Shown here: positions 1 to 24,179 of the stretch, in pieces
Layout: each line of letters starts with the position of its first letter
Numbering within the stretch: position 1 is the first letter of the stretch
Source: the human T2T-CHM13v2.0 reference genome, Homo sapiens
Assembly: GCF_009914755.1 (NCBI RefSeq)
Contig: NC_060944.1
DNA: 64,000 nucleotides
Direction: 5' to 3' (one strand)
Notes under the pieces: generated by a model
Told to the model about the DNA's origin: nothing
Seen by the model: the letters and a program-made list of their open reading frames with translations, nothing else
Database searches by the model: none
Position numbers and translations under genes: made by a program

Positions 1-1212
1 GATACATGCTCAAGTTTAAGAACCATTAGCAGAGACCATCCTTTTCCACCTATCTTGGCAGTAGAACTTAACCCAGCTCTGTCTATATGAGGAATTCCAC
101 CTCTCTCGGTTGTTGCTTTGCAAGAACGTGCAACTGCAGTCACTCCTCCAACACTGAAGATTTGCTTCATTAATATCAGATTTACCCCGTTACGGTTTTC
201 AGGCATTTCTGGGTAAGCAATTACTTTTCATCTTCAACTTGCTTCATCATGCAATATCTTGGAAGACATTTTAAACAGCAATTAAACTCAATACATACAG
301 TTCCAAAATTGCACACAATGCAGCTGAGGTAAGAAAAATGTGACCCACTGAAATCAAGTTTGTTCACATGCACAGCAAGGTAATGTTTTTGGACTGCCTG
401 CTGGTTGACAGAAATCTCACTAATTCTAAAATGCATCGTTGTTTCAGATATGTTAAAATGTGTCTTCAGACTGATATAAGTTCAGGTTTGATCATTCACT
501 ATGGATGTGACCTCAGGCCAGTTATGTAACTTCATTGAACTTGTTTTCTCACTATAAATGGGGACAATCACCATGCCCACTTCATAAGGGTGTTGCAAAG
601 TTTAACAAGAGAATTCAGTAGCACAGGATGTGGCCATGGTTGAATCTCAATAAATGTCAACAGGGATATATTACAGTTCAATAGAACCAGACTCTGGCAC
701 TTGTGCATCAAACTCTCAACTGAAATGCTCATGAGCTAGGATGATCAACCATCCCTGTTTGCCTTGTAGTGGAGTTTCTCAAGAATTTTGGTGCTAAAAC
801 CAGGGTGCTGGGCTATGGTCATACTCCATGGCCTCCCAACCTTCTGCTCTACAACTTCCTGCACAAGTGACCCCCTGTGCTGGAAGGTGTTCACAGTGGG
901 GTGAGTATGGGTGGCCAGGTCCTCCCTACAAGTCAGCTCGCGGGCTCCTCAGCACTCTCTTGAAAGGTAGGTGGTAGGCCCTTCACCCTCCTGCCACTTT
1001 CTGCTCTCTCCAGAGATTGGCTGGGCTCCATCTCTTAACTGTCCTCTACCATAAGCCTGGGCAAGTCACAGCAGAGGGAAACACAGGAGTATTTTGGATA
1101 TCAACCCCTTCTCAGATGTATAATTTGCAAATATTTTCTCATTCCATAGGCTGTATTTTCATTTCTGCTGTTTCCTTTGATGCACACAAGTTTTAAAATT
1201 TAACGTAGTCCC

Positions 1213-1927
<715 letters not shown>

Positions 1928-2742
1928 TCAGGCACCCAGGTGCAGGGATCATTTTGGGGCAGGGCTAATCCCATGTAACCTGCGAGTCATCCCAAAGTAG
2001 ATGGCTATAGACCAGAAAGGGTTTGCTCCAGAGCTTAGGCTGTGTCTTACCTCCTTGGTCCTCAGTTTCTTTACCTGGAGAATGTGGACAATTTCCATTC
2101 CTATCTCCTAGGGCTGCTGTGAGGATCAGAAACCAGGCATGTAAAGCTGCTGTTGCTGTTGACTTTATTCACTAATTTATTCAGCAAATATTTATTAGGT
2201 ACTGTACTGACTGTGTGCCAGGAACTGTTCTAAGCACTAGAAACAGAGCAGTGACTCAGAGACAAAAATCCCTGCCCTCATGGAGCTGACACTCTAGTTA
2301 GGAGTGGTGCATGCAATAAGTATTTAAATATATAGTGTGCAAATCAAGTGGTGTAAATATTACAGAGAAAAATAAAGCAGGGAAGGGAACCAGGAAATGC
2401 TGGTGGGCATGCAATTTTAAGTAGGTCCAGGAAGGCCTCAGTGAGAAGGTAACATTTGAATATAAAACATGGAAGCATATAATTATTATATTAATAGTAT
2501 TCTGTTGCAGGTGTCCAGAATTCAATAGCAACAAAGGGGCATTGGGTGCTGAAGACTCTCATCCAGATGGTCGGCTTGCTGGCGCCTCCTAGCTGGATTT
2601 ATCAAGGGTATCCCTTCCCACACACGTGGCCTTTCTAGAATCTGCTGTGAACAGCAGGACCTGCAGAGACACCCCAGGGAAAGGCTTATGGTAATCACTG
2701 AGGGACTGCTGGCAACCAGAGGCCTCCTCATCCCCTTTGGTT

Positions 2743-3704
<962 letters not shown>

Positions 3705-4745
3705 CTCTGTCTCCTCTCACTAGCTATAGGGCCTTGACCAAGTCACTTCTCTGCTCTTCAGTTCTTTTGTCGGTAAAATGGGGATATTGCAGTGATCTCA
3801 GAGCTTAGATCTTGTTGTTCTAGTAAAGATTCAAGGGAAGGATAAGGCATACTGCAAGTCGGGCACACTGCAAGTTCTTGAGAATTCTCAGTGGACATTA
3901 CGGTAACTATGCATAATAGGTTATTATTTATCTGTATTCAGGTTTGGCATAATGAGTGGCATGGGCCTTGGGGAATCTCAGAGCACCCTAGAAGAAGGTG
4001 AAACGCCCCACATCTGCTGAGGCGGGATGACTCATAACCTTGGGGGGAAGTGCTTCCAGTAGAGGCGTGACTTGCCCACGCCCCAAGAATATTCTCTAGT
4101 CCCTCTTTTCACCGAGAATGCAGCACGGGCCACCTCTTTATGTGGGGGTCTTATGTCTAACTTTTTGCAAGAGCTCAGGGCTTCAGCCTCTACCCTGGTG
4201 TGGCCATTAAAATCAAGCCTCCTGTTTAGTGAGATCAGACCCTGTCCCCGATACCCCAAGAAGCTCACAGCCTCACACACCTGCTGCAGCTTTCAGGTTT
4301 GTTTTCTGGCTCCAGGGGATTTCCCTTCTTTCCTGCATGTTCAGGTGTGCATCTGAGAATTGCTTATTGTATTTAGTTCTGGTTTGTAGCAGGGGCATAT
4401 TCAGTTATTTGATCATGATGTTGTTTAAAATGTATGACTGTTATATGAATTTCATGAAATAGATAATCCACATCTATTTCTCTGAAGTTTGTCTCTGTGG
4501 AGTCTTAGGGCTCACATGAACCAACCATAGCTCCTTTTCTACCAAATTGCCTTTCAGACATCTCAAGACAGCTTTGATATCTCCCTATCTAATTTGCTTC
4601 CCCCTTCCCTTCTTCAACTTAAAAATTCCATTTAACAAATCCTTTTCTCTTTTTAAATGACAATGTTTATTTTTGCAAAATAAAAGTTAACATGAATTTT
4701 AGGATTTTCTTCTCTACACAGAAAAGTTGAGAGAAGAAAAAACTA

Positions 4746-5392
<647 letters not shown>

Positions 5393-5643
5393 ACATCCTT
5401 ACTTTTTATACAAAGCTCCTATCGCTACTGTGATTAAATACTTATTTGAGAAATTATTAAATGACTATTCTCTCTTCTATTTGGTTGGAGGAGTTAAGTG
5501 AGGACAGACCCTTGTTTCTTTCCATTACTGTTCCCCCTGCACCCACCACAGAACCAGGTGAAGGGGAGGAGCTCAAAGAACATTTGTTTAATTAATGATC
5601 AGCTAAAGGGCTAACCTCTTTTATATATAGAAAATATATTTTA

Positions 5644-5952
<309 letters not shown>

Positions 5953-6556
5953 TTAAAAGTATAAAACTAGGATCATGGCTTAAATCATTTAATATATATT
6001 TTTAATGAAACACTTTTGCCATGTTAAAACATCTTATCATGTTGTCATTCATCGAAAACACAACCTCTAATGGCCACATAATATTTCATCATTTTGGTTG
6101 CTGAATAGTTTAACCATTTCCCTTTCTTGGACATGGAGGAGATATCTAGGAATTGACTTTTATGAGTAAAACCTGTCCAGAAGTTTAAATTTATCCCTCA
6201 TTTCTTTGGGTACATTCCTTGAAATTGAAGACTTGGGTTAAAATGGTACAGATGTTTTATTACTTGGTGATTATATAATTATAACATCCTTTCAGAAAAC
6301 TGAAATTATTTGCATTTTCCCCTTAACCTTGGCTGTCACAGAGACGACTTGAGAGGACAAAATGAGATCACTTGAGTTTAACTTGCATTTCCTTTACATG
6401 TAATTAGTGAGATTAAACTCCCTTTCAACATTTATTTTTCCAATGACATGCCTTATTTGGTGAACTTCCTGTTTATTCTATTAGCTCATTTTTTCTATTG
6501 GAATTTTAATTTTTTTCTTGATTTGTAAATGCTTTTTGCAGATTAAGGATACTATC

Positions 6557-7695
<1,139 letters not shown>

Positions 7696-7945
7696 AAAAA
7701 AACCCAAACTGAGACTAAGACGCTCAGGTTTGGTGTGGACTTTCCTTCTGAACAAAGAAGACATAAACTTTGGGAATGGTCACAGGGCAGCAGTGCTTAT
7801 CCAACCACAATCTCTCTAAAATGTGGATTCTGATCAGCAGTTCTGGGTGGGGCCGAGACTCTGCCTTCCCAGCATTTCCAACAAGCCCTTTGAGCTGTAC
7901 AGTCTGGAAAACCCTAAAATATTTCTAGCTTCTGGTTCAATCTCT

Positions 7946-8249
<304 letters not shown>

Positions 8250-9180
8250 GGTTCAATCTCTTTTTGAGATCCAGCTGCGTGCCTGCCTATAATTCTCCCT
8301 TATGCCTATATCCTTCTAAACAAAGTCTCCCCTCTGGCTTGAATTATAGCCAAAGTAGGGGGTCTGTTCTAAGCAAACGAACAGTCCTATATAACGGAAA
8401 ATTAACTTGCCCTATACTGGGACTTCACCAAACAGGAAAAATAAACCATGGATGGAACAGAGCTTCCTCCCACATCCCACCCTACCCTCCCTCCCTCAGT
8501 GGGCCGTTCATTCATTCCTCAGATCTGTTGAGCACCTATTGTGAACTAGACTCTAGTGCCAGTGGGTTTCCATCCCTTCAACCCCTTCTGGTTGAATGGT
8601 TCTCAAATTTGATCATGCATCACAGATTCTGATGCAGAGATTTGGGGTAAAGTTTAGATATCTTTATAGCTGTATTTTAAACACATTTTCCAGGTAATTT
8701 TTTGCACAGCAGCATTTGAGAACTGCCACTCTAGTCCCTTTAACGAGGCAGTGGTAGGAACGTGGCCCTGCGGAGGGGACTTGGGATTGGGTTCCACTGG
8801 TAGGCCCCTTCTCCTTGTCCCTTGGCAGCCTAACTGCCTCCACTACAGTGCAACTGGGCAAAGCCATGTGTCCCAGTTTTGGCCAGCAGGATCTGGAGTT
8901 TTGGGAGTTCATCAGGGAGCATTTCCTCCCTGATACATTTAATTTGCTCCTTTCCCTGCTTGTGGGTGTGCCTGAGAGATCTGATGCCCAAGGCATTAGC
9001 CGCCACCATGCGGCCATGCGGAGGACGCGAGGGCAAAGGATAAAAGCCCACCACCGAGAACAGGAGGAAGACGGAAAGAACTCCGCACCTTTGAGCTGCC
9101 GAACTGACCTTGCCTGTTCTGGCTATGAGAGATAATATGTGTCTTTAACTGTTGTGCACACTTTTAGTTTGCTGTTGTTA

Positions 9181-9594
<414 letters not shown>

Positions 9595-10429
9595 TTATCC
9601 CCAGGAAGGGTCTGGATATCTGCATTTTTCACGGAAGCTTCAGATGGTTCTTATGCACAAGCAAGTTTGAGAAACATCGCAATGAGGAATTTACTAAGTG
9701 GCAGTACTGATTAAGAGCACAGGTTTTGCAACCAGACAGCCTGGGTTTGAGACCCGGTTCTGCCACTTTCTGTCATCTGGACAAGTTATTTAACCCCTCT
9801 GTGCCTCAGTTTCATTACTGGTCAAATGGGGATAATAATTATTATTACCTAACTTTTGGTTACAAAAAACTACTTTATATAGAGTACTTAGAAAAGTGCA
9901 TGGCATAGAATGAGCACTGTGTAAGAATTTGCTATTATTGTTTCCAGATCCTTCTGGCAATCACCACATAGTTTGTCTTACTAAATCACTCATGTGTTCA
10001 AGAACTTTCAATGGATCCCCAGCTCCTTCAGAATAAAGGACAGAGCTGAAGCATGACTCCCACCACGTTCCCCTGTGCCATCTCTAGCCACTGTTTTCAA
10101 ATCTTGCCCTGAGCTTCCCCCACCCCCTCCAAACCACCATTAGGAAATGCCCCCTTTCCCACCGTCTTTCTCCCAAAAGCCAATGGGTCTTTCAAAGCCG
10201 GTTATACATTTGCTTTCATTCACAGTTCTCCCCCCTGACTTTCCCAGTTGGAACCAACAGTCTCTGTGAATTCTTCACACCTTTAAGACTACACTTGTCA
10301 CAAACAGCTGGGCTTGAATGTCTTACAACTAAATCCTCCTCCCCTCCCCGAGGGGCTTGGAATTCTCCAAGGGCAAGCATCTCCATTATCTGAGTTCCAT
10401 CATTTGCCACACAACAACCCTAAAGTGAC

Positions 10430-10789
10430 TGATATGGTTTGGCTGTGTCCCCACCCAAATCTCATCTTGAATTGTAACTCCCACAATTCCCATGTATCAT
10501 GGGAGGAACCTGGTGGGAGGTGACTGAATTATGGGGGTGGGTCTTTCCTGCACTGTTCCTTGTGATAGAGAATGAGTCTTATGAGAGCTGATGGTTTTAA
10601 AAAGGGGGGTGTCCCTGCACAAGCTCTTATCTCTTGTCTGCTGCTATTCAAGATGTGCCTTTCACCTTCTGCCATGACTGTGAGACCTCCCCAGCCATGT
10701 GGAACTGTGAGTCCAATAAACCTCTTTCTTTTGTAAACTGTTCAGTCTCTGGTATGTCTTCATCAGGAGCATGAAAACGGACTAACACA
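10430..10789 (+). mobile_element. THE1 (ERVL-MaLR) solo LTR
   Basis: Starts TGATATGGTTTGGCTGTGTCCCCACCCAAATCTCATC, contains AATAAA, ends ACTAACACA. Confidence 0.88.
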
Positions 10790-11099
10790 GCCACCATCAC
10801 TAAGCCCTCATGATGGGGCACATGCCATACACACCATGTGCTTCAGGCATATAAACACATTTAATCCTCACAGCCACCCTTTCCTGCCCTCGTTCAATAG
10901 CTGTTTTATTGAGTGCCTATGATGTGCCAGACCTGGTGTGTTGGGTGGTGGGAAAATAAGACTGATTAGGTCTCTGCATGCAGGGAGATTTACAGTCTAG
11001 TAAACTAGAAATTGAGCAACTAATTTGGAGCTCACAGGCCAAACTGAAACTTCAGATTCTTTTTTAAGGCTTTCAAAATCAATCAGGCGGGCAGGGCCT

Positions 11100-11690
11100 T
11101 CCCCATGTCATTGTCCTCTGGCCAAAGACCAATAGGGACACCCCTGTCACTGAATAAGTTTATTACTCATTGCAATAAGGAAAACCTCAGAGGGTGCCAG
11201 AAATAACTTATTTTATTTTAGGTTTGGGCTCATGTTAGATGCTTTTGGAGGAGTTCAAGAAAACCTCCATCAGAGGCACCAGCAAGTGGGGCTAATTCTA
11301 TGATTTGTTATTTTAAAAAATATTATCAAGAGGGAAAGAAGGCTAGACAGAGCAAGACTCAAACTTTAATAGGCAAAGAAGTAATGTCACTCAGATTAAC
11401 AGAGGGGAGGAGGATGTCTGGTATTTTGTGGCTTGGACAGTGTTCCCATTTTGTCTGGGCTCACACATGATGACAGATGTGGTATTGTTTTTGTCTTGCC
11501 CACCACGGTCAGAGTGGCCTTGTCTGATGTTGGTGTTTTATGAAACTGTGAACAACTGTGTATGTTCAACAGTAGAACAGCATGGCCTACCTGTGGGCCA
11601 GCCCAGTTCCTAGCAACACCAAGACCCAGCTAATCATGGCTGCTGGCTGTCAGGGGCTGCTTTCCTCTTTCTCTGCTAGTTGGCCACAGG
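11100..11690. mobile_element. Old LTR-like fragment, family uncertain
   Basis: Resembles degraded ERV LTR sequence; ends not resolved. Confidence 0.3.
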
Positions 11691-12362
11691 CCCTCTCCCT
11701 CTCTATCGTAATATGTGCTGCTGCAAACGCCACCCTTGGAATCGCATTGGAATTCACTTCTCTAATTGACTTCTTAATTTAATTCACTTCTCTAGTTCAC
11801 TGCCCTTGGAATTGCATTGGAATTCACTTCTCTAATTAAAGACTAATTAGTTACAATTGTGATACATGCTAGCGGAGAAAACAGAAACCTAATTGTGGGA
11901 GTAGGGAGAAGGGGAAATCAGAGCTGGCTTCTAGGTGGAGGTGACTTTTAACCTGGGACTTAAAGAGTAGGAATTAACCAGAAATGGCAAAAAAAAAAAA
12001 AAAAAAAAAAATCAATCTTGGTCAAGTGATCAATTCAATGAATATTGACTGAGGGCTTGCTATGAGCTCTGTGCTAACAATCCATGGGCTGTTTTGTTTA
12101 CTTTCACAGCCCCCGATTATGTAATGAGAGCTAACAGTGACAGCTCGAAATGGCTTCCATGTAGGAGCCCACTGAAGCCTGGCTGGAACCATCAGAGATG
12201 AGTTCTATCATCACTTTCATTTTACTATTGTGGAAATGGAAACACAGTGTAAGTAACCTGCCCAAGGTCACATGGTCAGCAAGTGGTACAGCCAGGATAT
12301 GAACCCAAGCAGTCTGTCTCAGGACCCCAGACTCTTCATTACCAAACCCTGTCCCCTGTTTA

Positions 12363-17459
<5,097 letters not shown>

Positions 17460-18272
17460 TAAAACTTCATTTGCAATCACATATATGATTCTTTTTCTTG
17501 GAGGGGGTGGTCCACAACCTGCCTCCTTTGGTAGGCATATTAATATATTTTTTAGAATCAAATGCCTTTAGCTAAGGAATACATTCTCTGTTTCCCTACA
17601 GGATCCAGTACTATCCCATAAATGGGCTACTTCATAATTTTAAAGTTATCTTCCTGCCCCTTAAGACAGGGGTATAACTGTGTGTGTAGGTGTTTGTGGG
17701 TACATTTCCTCCAGAACTTTTATGGTTTTCTTATGCACATTTAAATTTTTGACCCATCTGTAATTTATTTTTGGTGGAATGAGTGTACACAACAGAGAAC
17801 AGGGATGTTTTCCTGATCAGCAGCACAAGGGGGAGGAGATACCAATGCCAGTTTATAGATTTTTTTTTTTTAACAACAACATGCTTTTTGGCCCTTTACA
17901 CAAGTAATGCAAACTCAAGGATTGTACCCATACTTCCACCACCCAAAACAACCACTTTTTTTTTTATTGCAACGTATTTTCTGCCAGCCTTTTTTTTTTC
18001 CTATAGTATATAGATTTTTGTTTCAGAAATCTCTTTTTTGTCTGTTTTTTTTGTAACGTGACAACATTTATAACTGCTAACAGTTAATGTTTTAACCTAG
18101 CAGCTCCCAAACCTGGCTGGGCAGCTGGCTTCCTGGTGGAGCTTGTTAAAAATAATGAATCAGCAACCCTAGGGGGTGGGCTCTGGGAATCTATATTTTT
18201 AACAAGTTCCATGGACGTGTTTGAGACACAGCCAGGCCAATTCTGGCCGACTCCCCCATGCTCCAGCTGTAC

Positions 18273-18512
18273 CTGTGATTGTCTGGGTCTCCGAGGTGAT
18301 GGTTCTGGTGGTGGTCTGAGTCTGGGTGGCAGGCACTGTTTCCTCCGATACAAACTGGACCGTGCTGGGGGCTGCTGCGGATGTGCCTGTCAGCTGGCAG
18401 CCACTTTGCTTGTGAGCTACAAAGGCATCCAGGTTGTTAAACTGCTGCTTGCAGATGCCGCAGATATGGATGTCGGGAGTCAGCTCCACCAGCACCGTTG
18501 TGCCACCTGGAA
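18273..18512 (-). CDS. ZFP64: ZFP64 coding exon 2 (240 nt; IPGGTTVLVELTPDIHICGICKQQFNNLDAFVAHKQSGC...TITSETQTIT)
   Basis: Pyrimidine tract then GAG|TTCCAG acceptor, open frame, donor CAG|GTACAG; in frame with exon 1; encodes a C-x2-C-x12-H-x4-C motif. Confidence 0.95.
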
Positions 18513-18780
18513 CTCCATGGGACAAAGGGAAAGTAACGGATTAATTCCAAACAGCTTTGAATTGTAATGCAGACCAGATTCATGGTAGGAAGAAAAGGCA
18601 TGGTGGCAGACATGGCTGGGTAGTGGCCCAGTATCCACTCCACCTTCCTCTTCCTGCGAACTGCATCCTAATTGTGCCCTAGCAGCAAGGTATCATATTT
18701 CCACACAGAGATTTCTTGCCTTAGTTAAACTTGGGGAAAATTGGACATAATGTAAATATCTTAGAAATCTTCAGAAAATT

Positions 18781-19073
<293 letters not shown>

Positions 19074-19720
19074 TAATTTTTTTTTTCAGAAAATTATGAT
19101 GCATAATTTTATCCAACCACATATGCACAAAGGTAGTCTTGTATTATTTAACTTGGGGAAAATTGGAAATAATGTATAGCAACCATCCATGTGATGGTTC
19201 ACGCTGCATTGTTACCCATGGGGCACTAGTGGCATTGTTTGCAAGAAAGTTCTTTTATCAAAGATAAAAGGGATGTCCTGCACTTTGCAGAACCAGCAGC
19301 CACCTCCTATCCCAACTAAAAGGTAATTGTGAAAACTGATCCTCCCGCACATTTCCAAACATACTCACCCAAAACACATACTATGAGAACCAATAGTCTA
19401 AATAATCTTGGTCCTCTACATACTTGTGAACTTCTCCAGCACACAGCTGGAGGAGTTTCTGGGAAAAGTTTGGCATTTGTGATGAAAAGGGAGCAGATGT
19501 GGCTAGCAATGTGCCCCTTTTCTTCTGGCTTTGGATGCAAATGTGATGGTGGGGCTTCTGCAGCCATCTTGTAACTATGAGAAAAATGCCAAGATCCCTA
19601 TGGGCTCTGCCCTTTACTTCACTGATTTCCCTGATTCAACACTGCAATCAATCAATTCCAGATTTCATTAGGCCAGTATAATTTGGGTTTCTGCTACTTG
19701 TAGCCAAAATTCATTCCTAA

Positions 19721-21214
<1,494 letters not shown>

Positions 21215-23031
21215 CTTTTTCCTAAACATTGCATAAACATTGTGCTATATCATTAAAATCTCTTCATATATATATGATTATTTAATGGCAATACATTATT
21301 CCATGGTGTCCATGCGTCATAATCTTCTCAGCAACAATAAGGTATTTACATAATTTCCAATTTTTCCCAAGTTAAATGATACAAGACTACCTTTGTGCAT
21401 ATATGGTTAGATAAAATTATGCCTCATAATTTTCTGAAAATTTGTAAGATATTTACATTATGTCCAATTTTCCCCAGGTCTAGCTAAGACAAGAAATCTC
21501 TGTTCAGAAATACAGTTTGGTTGACTTGCTAAGGAGACTGGGCTGAGCACTGTGATAAGCCATCTTGCAGGGATACACTTAAGCACTTTGCAATCAATGG
21601 ATGGAAGGAAGGAAACCTTTTCTTCTCTGGCAGATACTGAGATACCCATGGAACTAACAAGGAAACAAGGAAGTGAGACATGAAGTAGCTTGCATTGCTG
21701 ACGATTCCTTAATGATGGAATAGGACTGACACCCAGAATGAAAGGATTTTCATAACAGATAATGTCACTGGTATGTGGAAAGTGCAAAAGTAACGACATA
21801 GACCTTCGTTAGAATCTTGACACTGTCGCTTAACAACAGTGACTTTAAGCGTGGGTTTTCTCATCTGAAAAATGGGAGGAGAGGTTTCTAATCCATGGTT
21901 TTTGTTTGTTTTTAATTTCTCCAAGAAAAAACACGGGCTTGTTATGAGAATTAAATGGGATGGTGCTCGTACCAGCACAGTCCCCCCTCCCCGCCAGTCC
22001 CCCAGCATGTTACCTGCTGGGTTCTTACTGAGGTACACTATTTAAACATGGACATATCTGAGCCCCACCTAGGAGATACTGAGTCATAACAGGGTGGGGT
22101 GGGGAGGATGGTGTTTAGGAAAATCTGTGCTTTTCACAGTAATGCAAGGAATACACCGCCAAGTTTGGGACCCAGTGTCTCCCAAACTGTTAACAGTAGC
22201 AGCTAACAAGCTGGGAGCTTACTATGTGCCAGATTTTCTGCAAACCCCTGGTAGATGGGTTCTCAAACTTCATGTGCTTCAGAGTTGCCCAGGCAGCTAC
22301 GAAGGACAGCGGATCCCCAGCCCCACCCCCGAGATTGAATGGGTGGGGCCCAGAAAGCTGTTTTAAAATACACGCTCTCGCTCCCAGGTGGCTGGTTGCA
22401 CTCAGTCTCTGGACCACACTTTGGGAAACAATGCACCGGGAGAAACCAGGGACTTGAAAAACGCTGATGTCCTCCTCGGTTAAATAAAAACTGAACCCCA
22501 AACCCAAATAAAGCGACCACGGCCCCGTTTTCCATTCAGATCTCCACCCTTAATGAGGAAAAGGCTTTGCAATGAGCCGGCAGGACCTCGTGAGACCTGG
22601 TGATTCCCCCAATCTCCAGGCTCTAATTTTGAGCCACTGAGGCAGAAGTTTTCCCATCAGTGTTGCCCCGTTTACCCTAGATTCCTCCCTTTCTCCTGCC
22701 CGCCCCAAACTCCGCCTGATGGGGCGGGAATGCCCTTAGGGGGTGGCGATTGTCTGAACGGCGTGCCCTCCCCCACTGTTCCCTTCCAAGGGGTCTCGCA
22801 AGGCTGGAGAGCGCCCCCGGTCTTGCGCCAGGTCGGGTGCGCCCCCACCCCAAGCCCACTCCGGCGCCCCCTGCACAGCGCGCCCGCCGCGGTCCCCGAG
22901 ACGCGGCTCCGAGCCGTCACCCCGATTTCGGGGCCCCGGGCCTGCTGGCTGCGTCGCAGACGTGCTTGGGCCCGGGCCCCGGAGCGCGCACTGGGCCCCG
23001 GAGCGCGCACTGCTCCCGGAAAAGCACTTAC

Positions 23032-23077
23032 TTTGCACCGAGCCCGCGAAGCTCTCGCCCTCGCTGCTCGCGTTCAT
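23032..23077 (-). CDS. ZFP64: ZFP64 coding exon 1 (MNASSEGESFAGSVQ + 1 nt)
   Basis: GCGGCCATG Kozak start inside a CpG island; 46 coding nt then donor AAA|GTAAGT; peptide matches the recalled ZFP64 N-terminus; splices in phase 1 to exon 2 (A+TT = Ile). Confidence 0.95.
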
Positions 23078-23133
23078 GGCCGCAGACTGGGAGGTCCCCG
23101 GCCGGCCGGGATGCCAAAGTGGGGGACGCTGAT

Positions 23134-23139
23134 CTACAT
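23134..23139 (-). other. Start-stop uORF (ATG TAG) in the probable ZFP64 5'UTR
   Basis: Minus strand reads GCACC-ATG-TAG, 56 nt upstream of the main ATG. Confidence 0.65.
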
Positions 23140-24179
23140 GGTGCAAGGACTTTTCCTTTTATTTTTCCACACCCCCCACCCTGCCTTCTCCCAACTCTGC
23201 GAGGCGGGGAGGACGGATGTAAAGCAAGCTGCACTTCCGCTGCCTAGAGGGCGCTGGCCGGGCCCGGCGCCCCAACCTGGCTTTGCAGCAGCGGCTCCCC
23301 GGGGAAGCGGCGGGCGAATCCCGAGGCCCAGGCCCGCGGAGCCCCCCAACGCCCCCGGGGAGCTGGATGGCCACGCGCGTCCCGGCGTGCTGGGCGACCG
23401 CGGGTGGCGAGGGATGCGCCCCTGCCCGCACTCTGCGTTCTCCGCGGACGCGATTGGCCTCCCCGGCTCGGGGCGCCTTTTGCACCTGCAACCCCAGGCG
23501 TTGGGCCCCCAGCGCGGCCGTGCAGCAGCGCTGCTCCCGGGACGCCTGGGTGGTTTGCGGGGAGACCCACGTGCGGCTGCCGTTGCGGGGTGGGTGCGCG
23601 GGGCGCGGCGAGCTCCGGAGAAACCCAGGTTGGGCGTGAGCGCTGGGCAAATCAGCAAAGCGCTGGGCGGGTCCCTTGCCCCGCTAGGGAGACTGAGAGG
23701 ACCGCGAAGAGGTGGGGTCGTAGCGCGGAGGGACCCCTGCTCCAGGAGCTGCCAACTTTATCGTGCATCGCAGTCGCCTGAAAGGCTTGTTAGAACACAC
23801 GCTGTTGGGCCCACCCTAGCGTTTCTGCTTCAGTAGGTCTGGGGCGAGGCGTGAGAACGAGCATTTCTAAGTTCCCAGGTGATGCCCCTAGTGTTGGTCG
23901 GCGTCCACACTCTGAGGACAGTGACCTCTCTGCTCTGTCCCTCATGTCTTACTACTACTGTCTCCCCCGGGCTCCTGCGTCAGCCCTATTGTCTCTCTGC
24001 CGACCCTCCCAAGCCTCAGACCTCTCCCAGCCTCGAGGGATTTGCCCATAGAGTCTGTCCTGCTTCTGAAGGTCAGCATTCAAATTCACACTCAGGGAGG
24101 CCATGCTTGGCCTAATCTAATCATTCTAATATTGCAGCCCCCTCCTCCTCCCCCAACCACTCCCTGTCTCCTTCCTGTT

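Larger units (their letters stand above)
22700..23900. promoter_or_regulatory. ZFP64: CpG island / ZFP64 promoter and first exon
   Basis: Very high GC and CpG density; ETS site CACTTCCGC (~23232-23240), CTCF-like CTAGAGGGCGC (~23244-23254), ATTGG near 23453; no obvious TATA box. Confidence 0.9.

Noticed and set aside
8664-9135. Overlapping ORFs on both strands
   Set aside because: Lie in MLT1-like LTR sequence; no domain or splice support.
18199-18272. Read-through of the exon 2 frame past its donor
   Set aside because: Short extension into MER5-like repeat sequence; nothing in the sequence supports a terminal exon.
18136-18567. 143-aa ORF antisense to exon 2
   Set aside because: Shadow frame of the real exon with a non-ATG start.
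22730-23836. 368-aa plus-strand ORF and overlapping ORFs in the CpG island
   Set aside because: Stop-codon depletion in GC-rich DNA; low-complexity Pro/Arg/Gly/Ala composition; antisense to ZFP64 exon 1.
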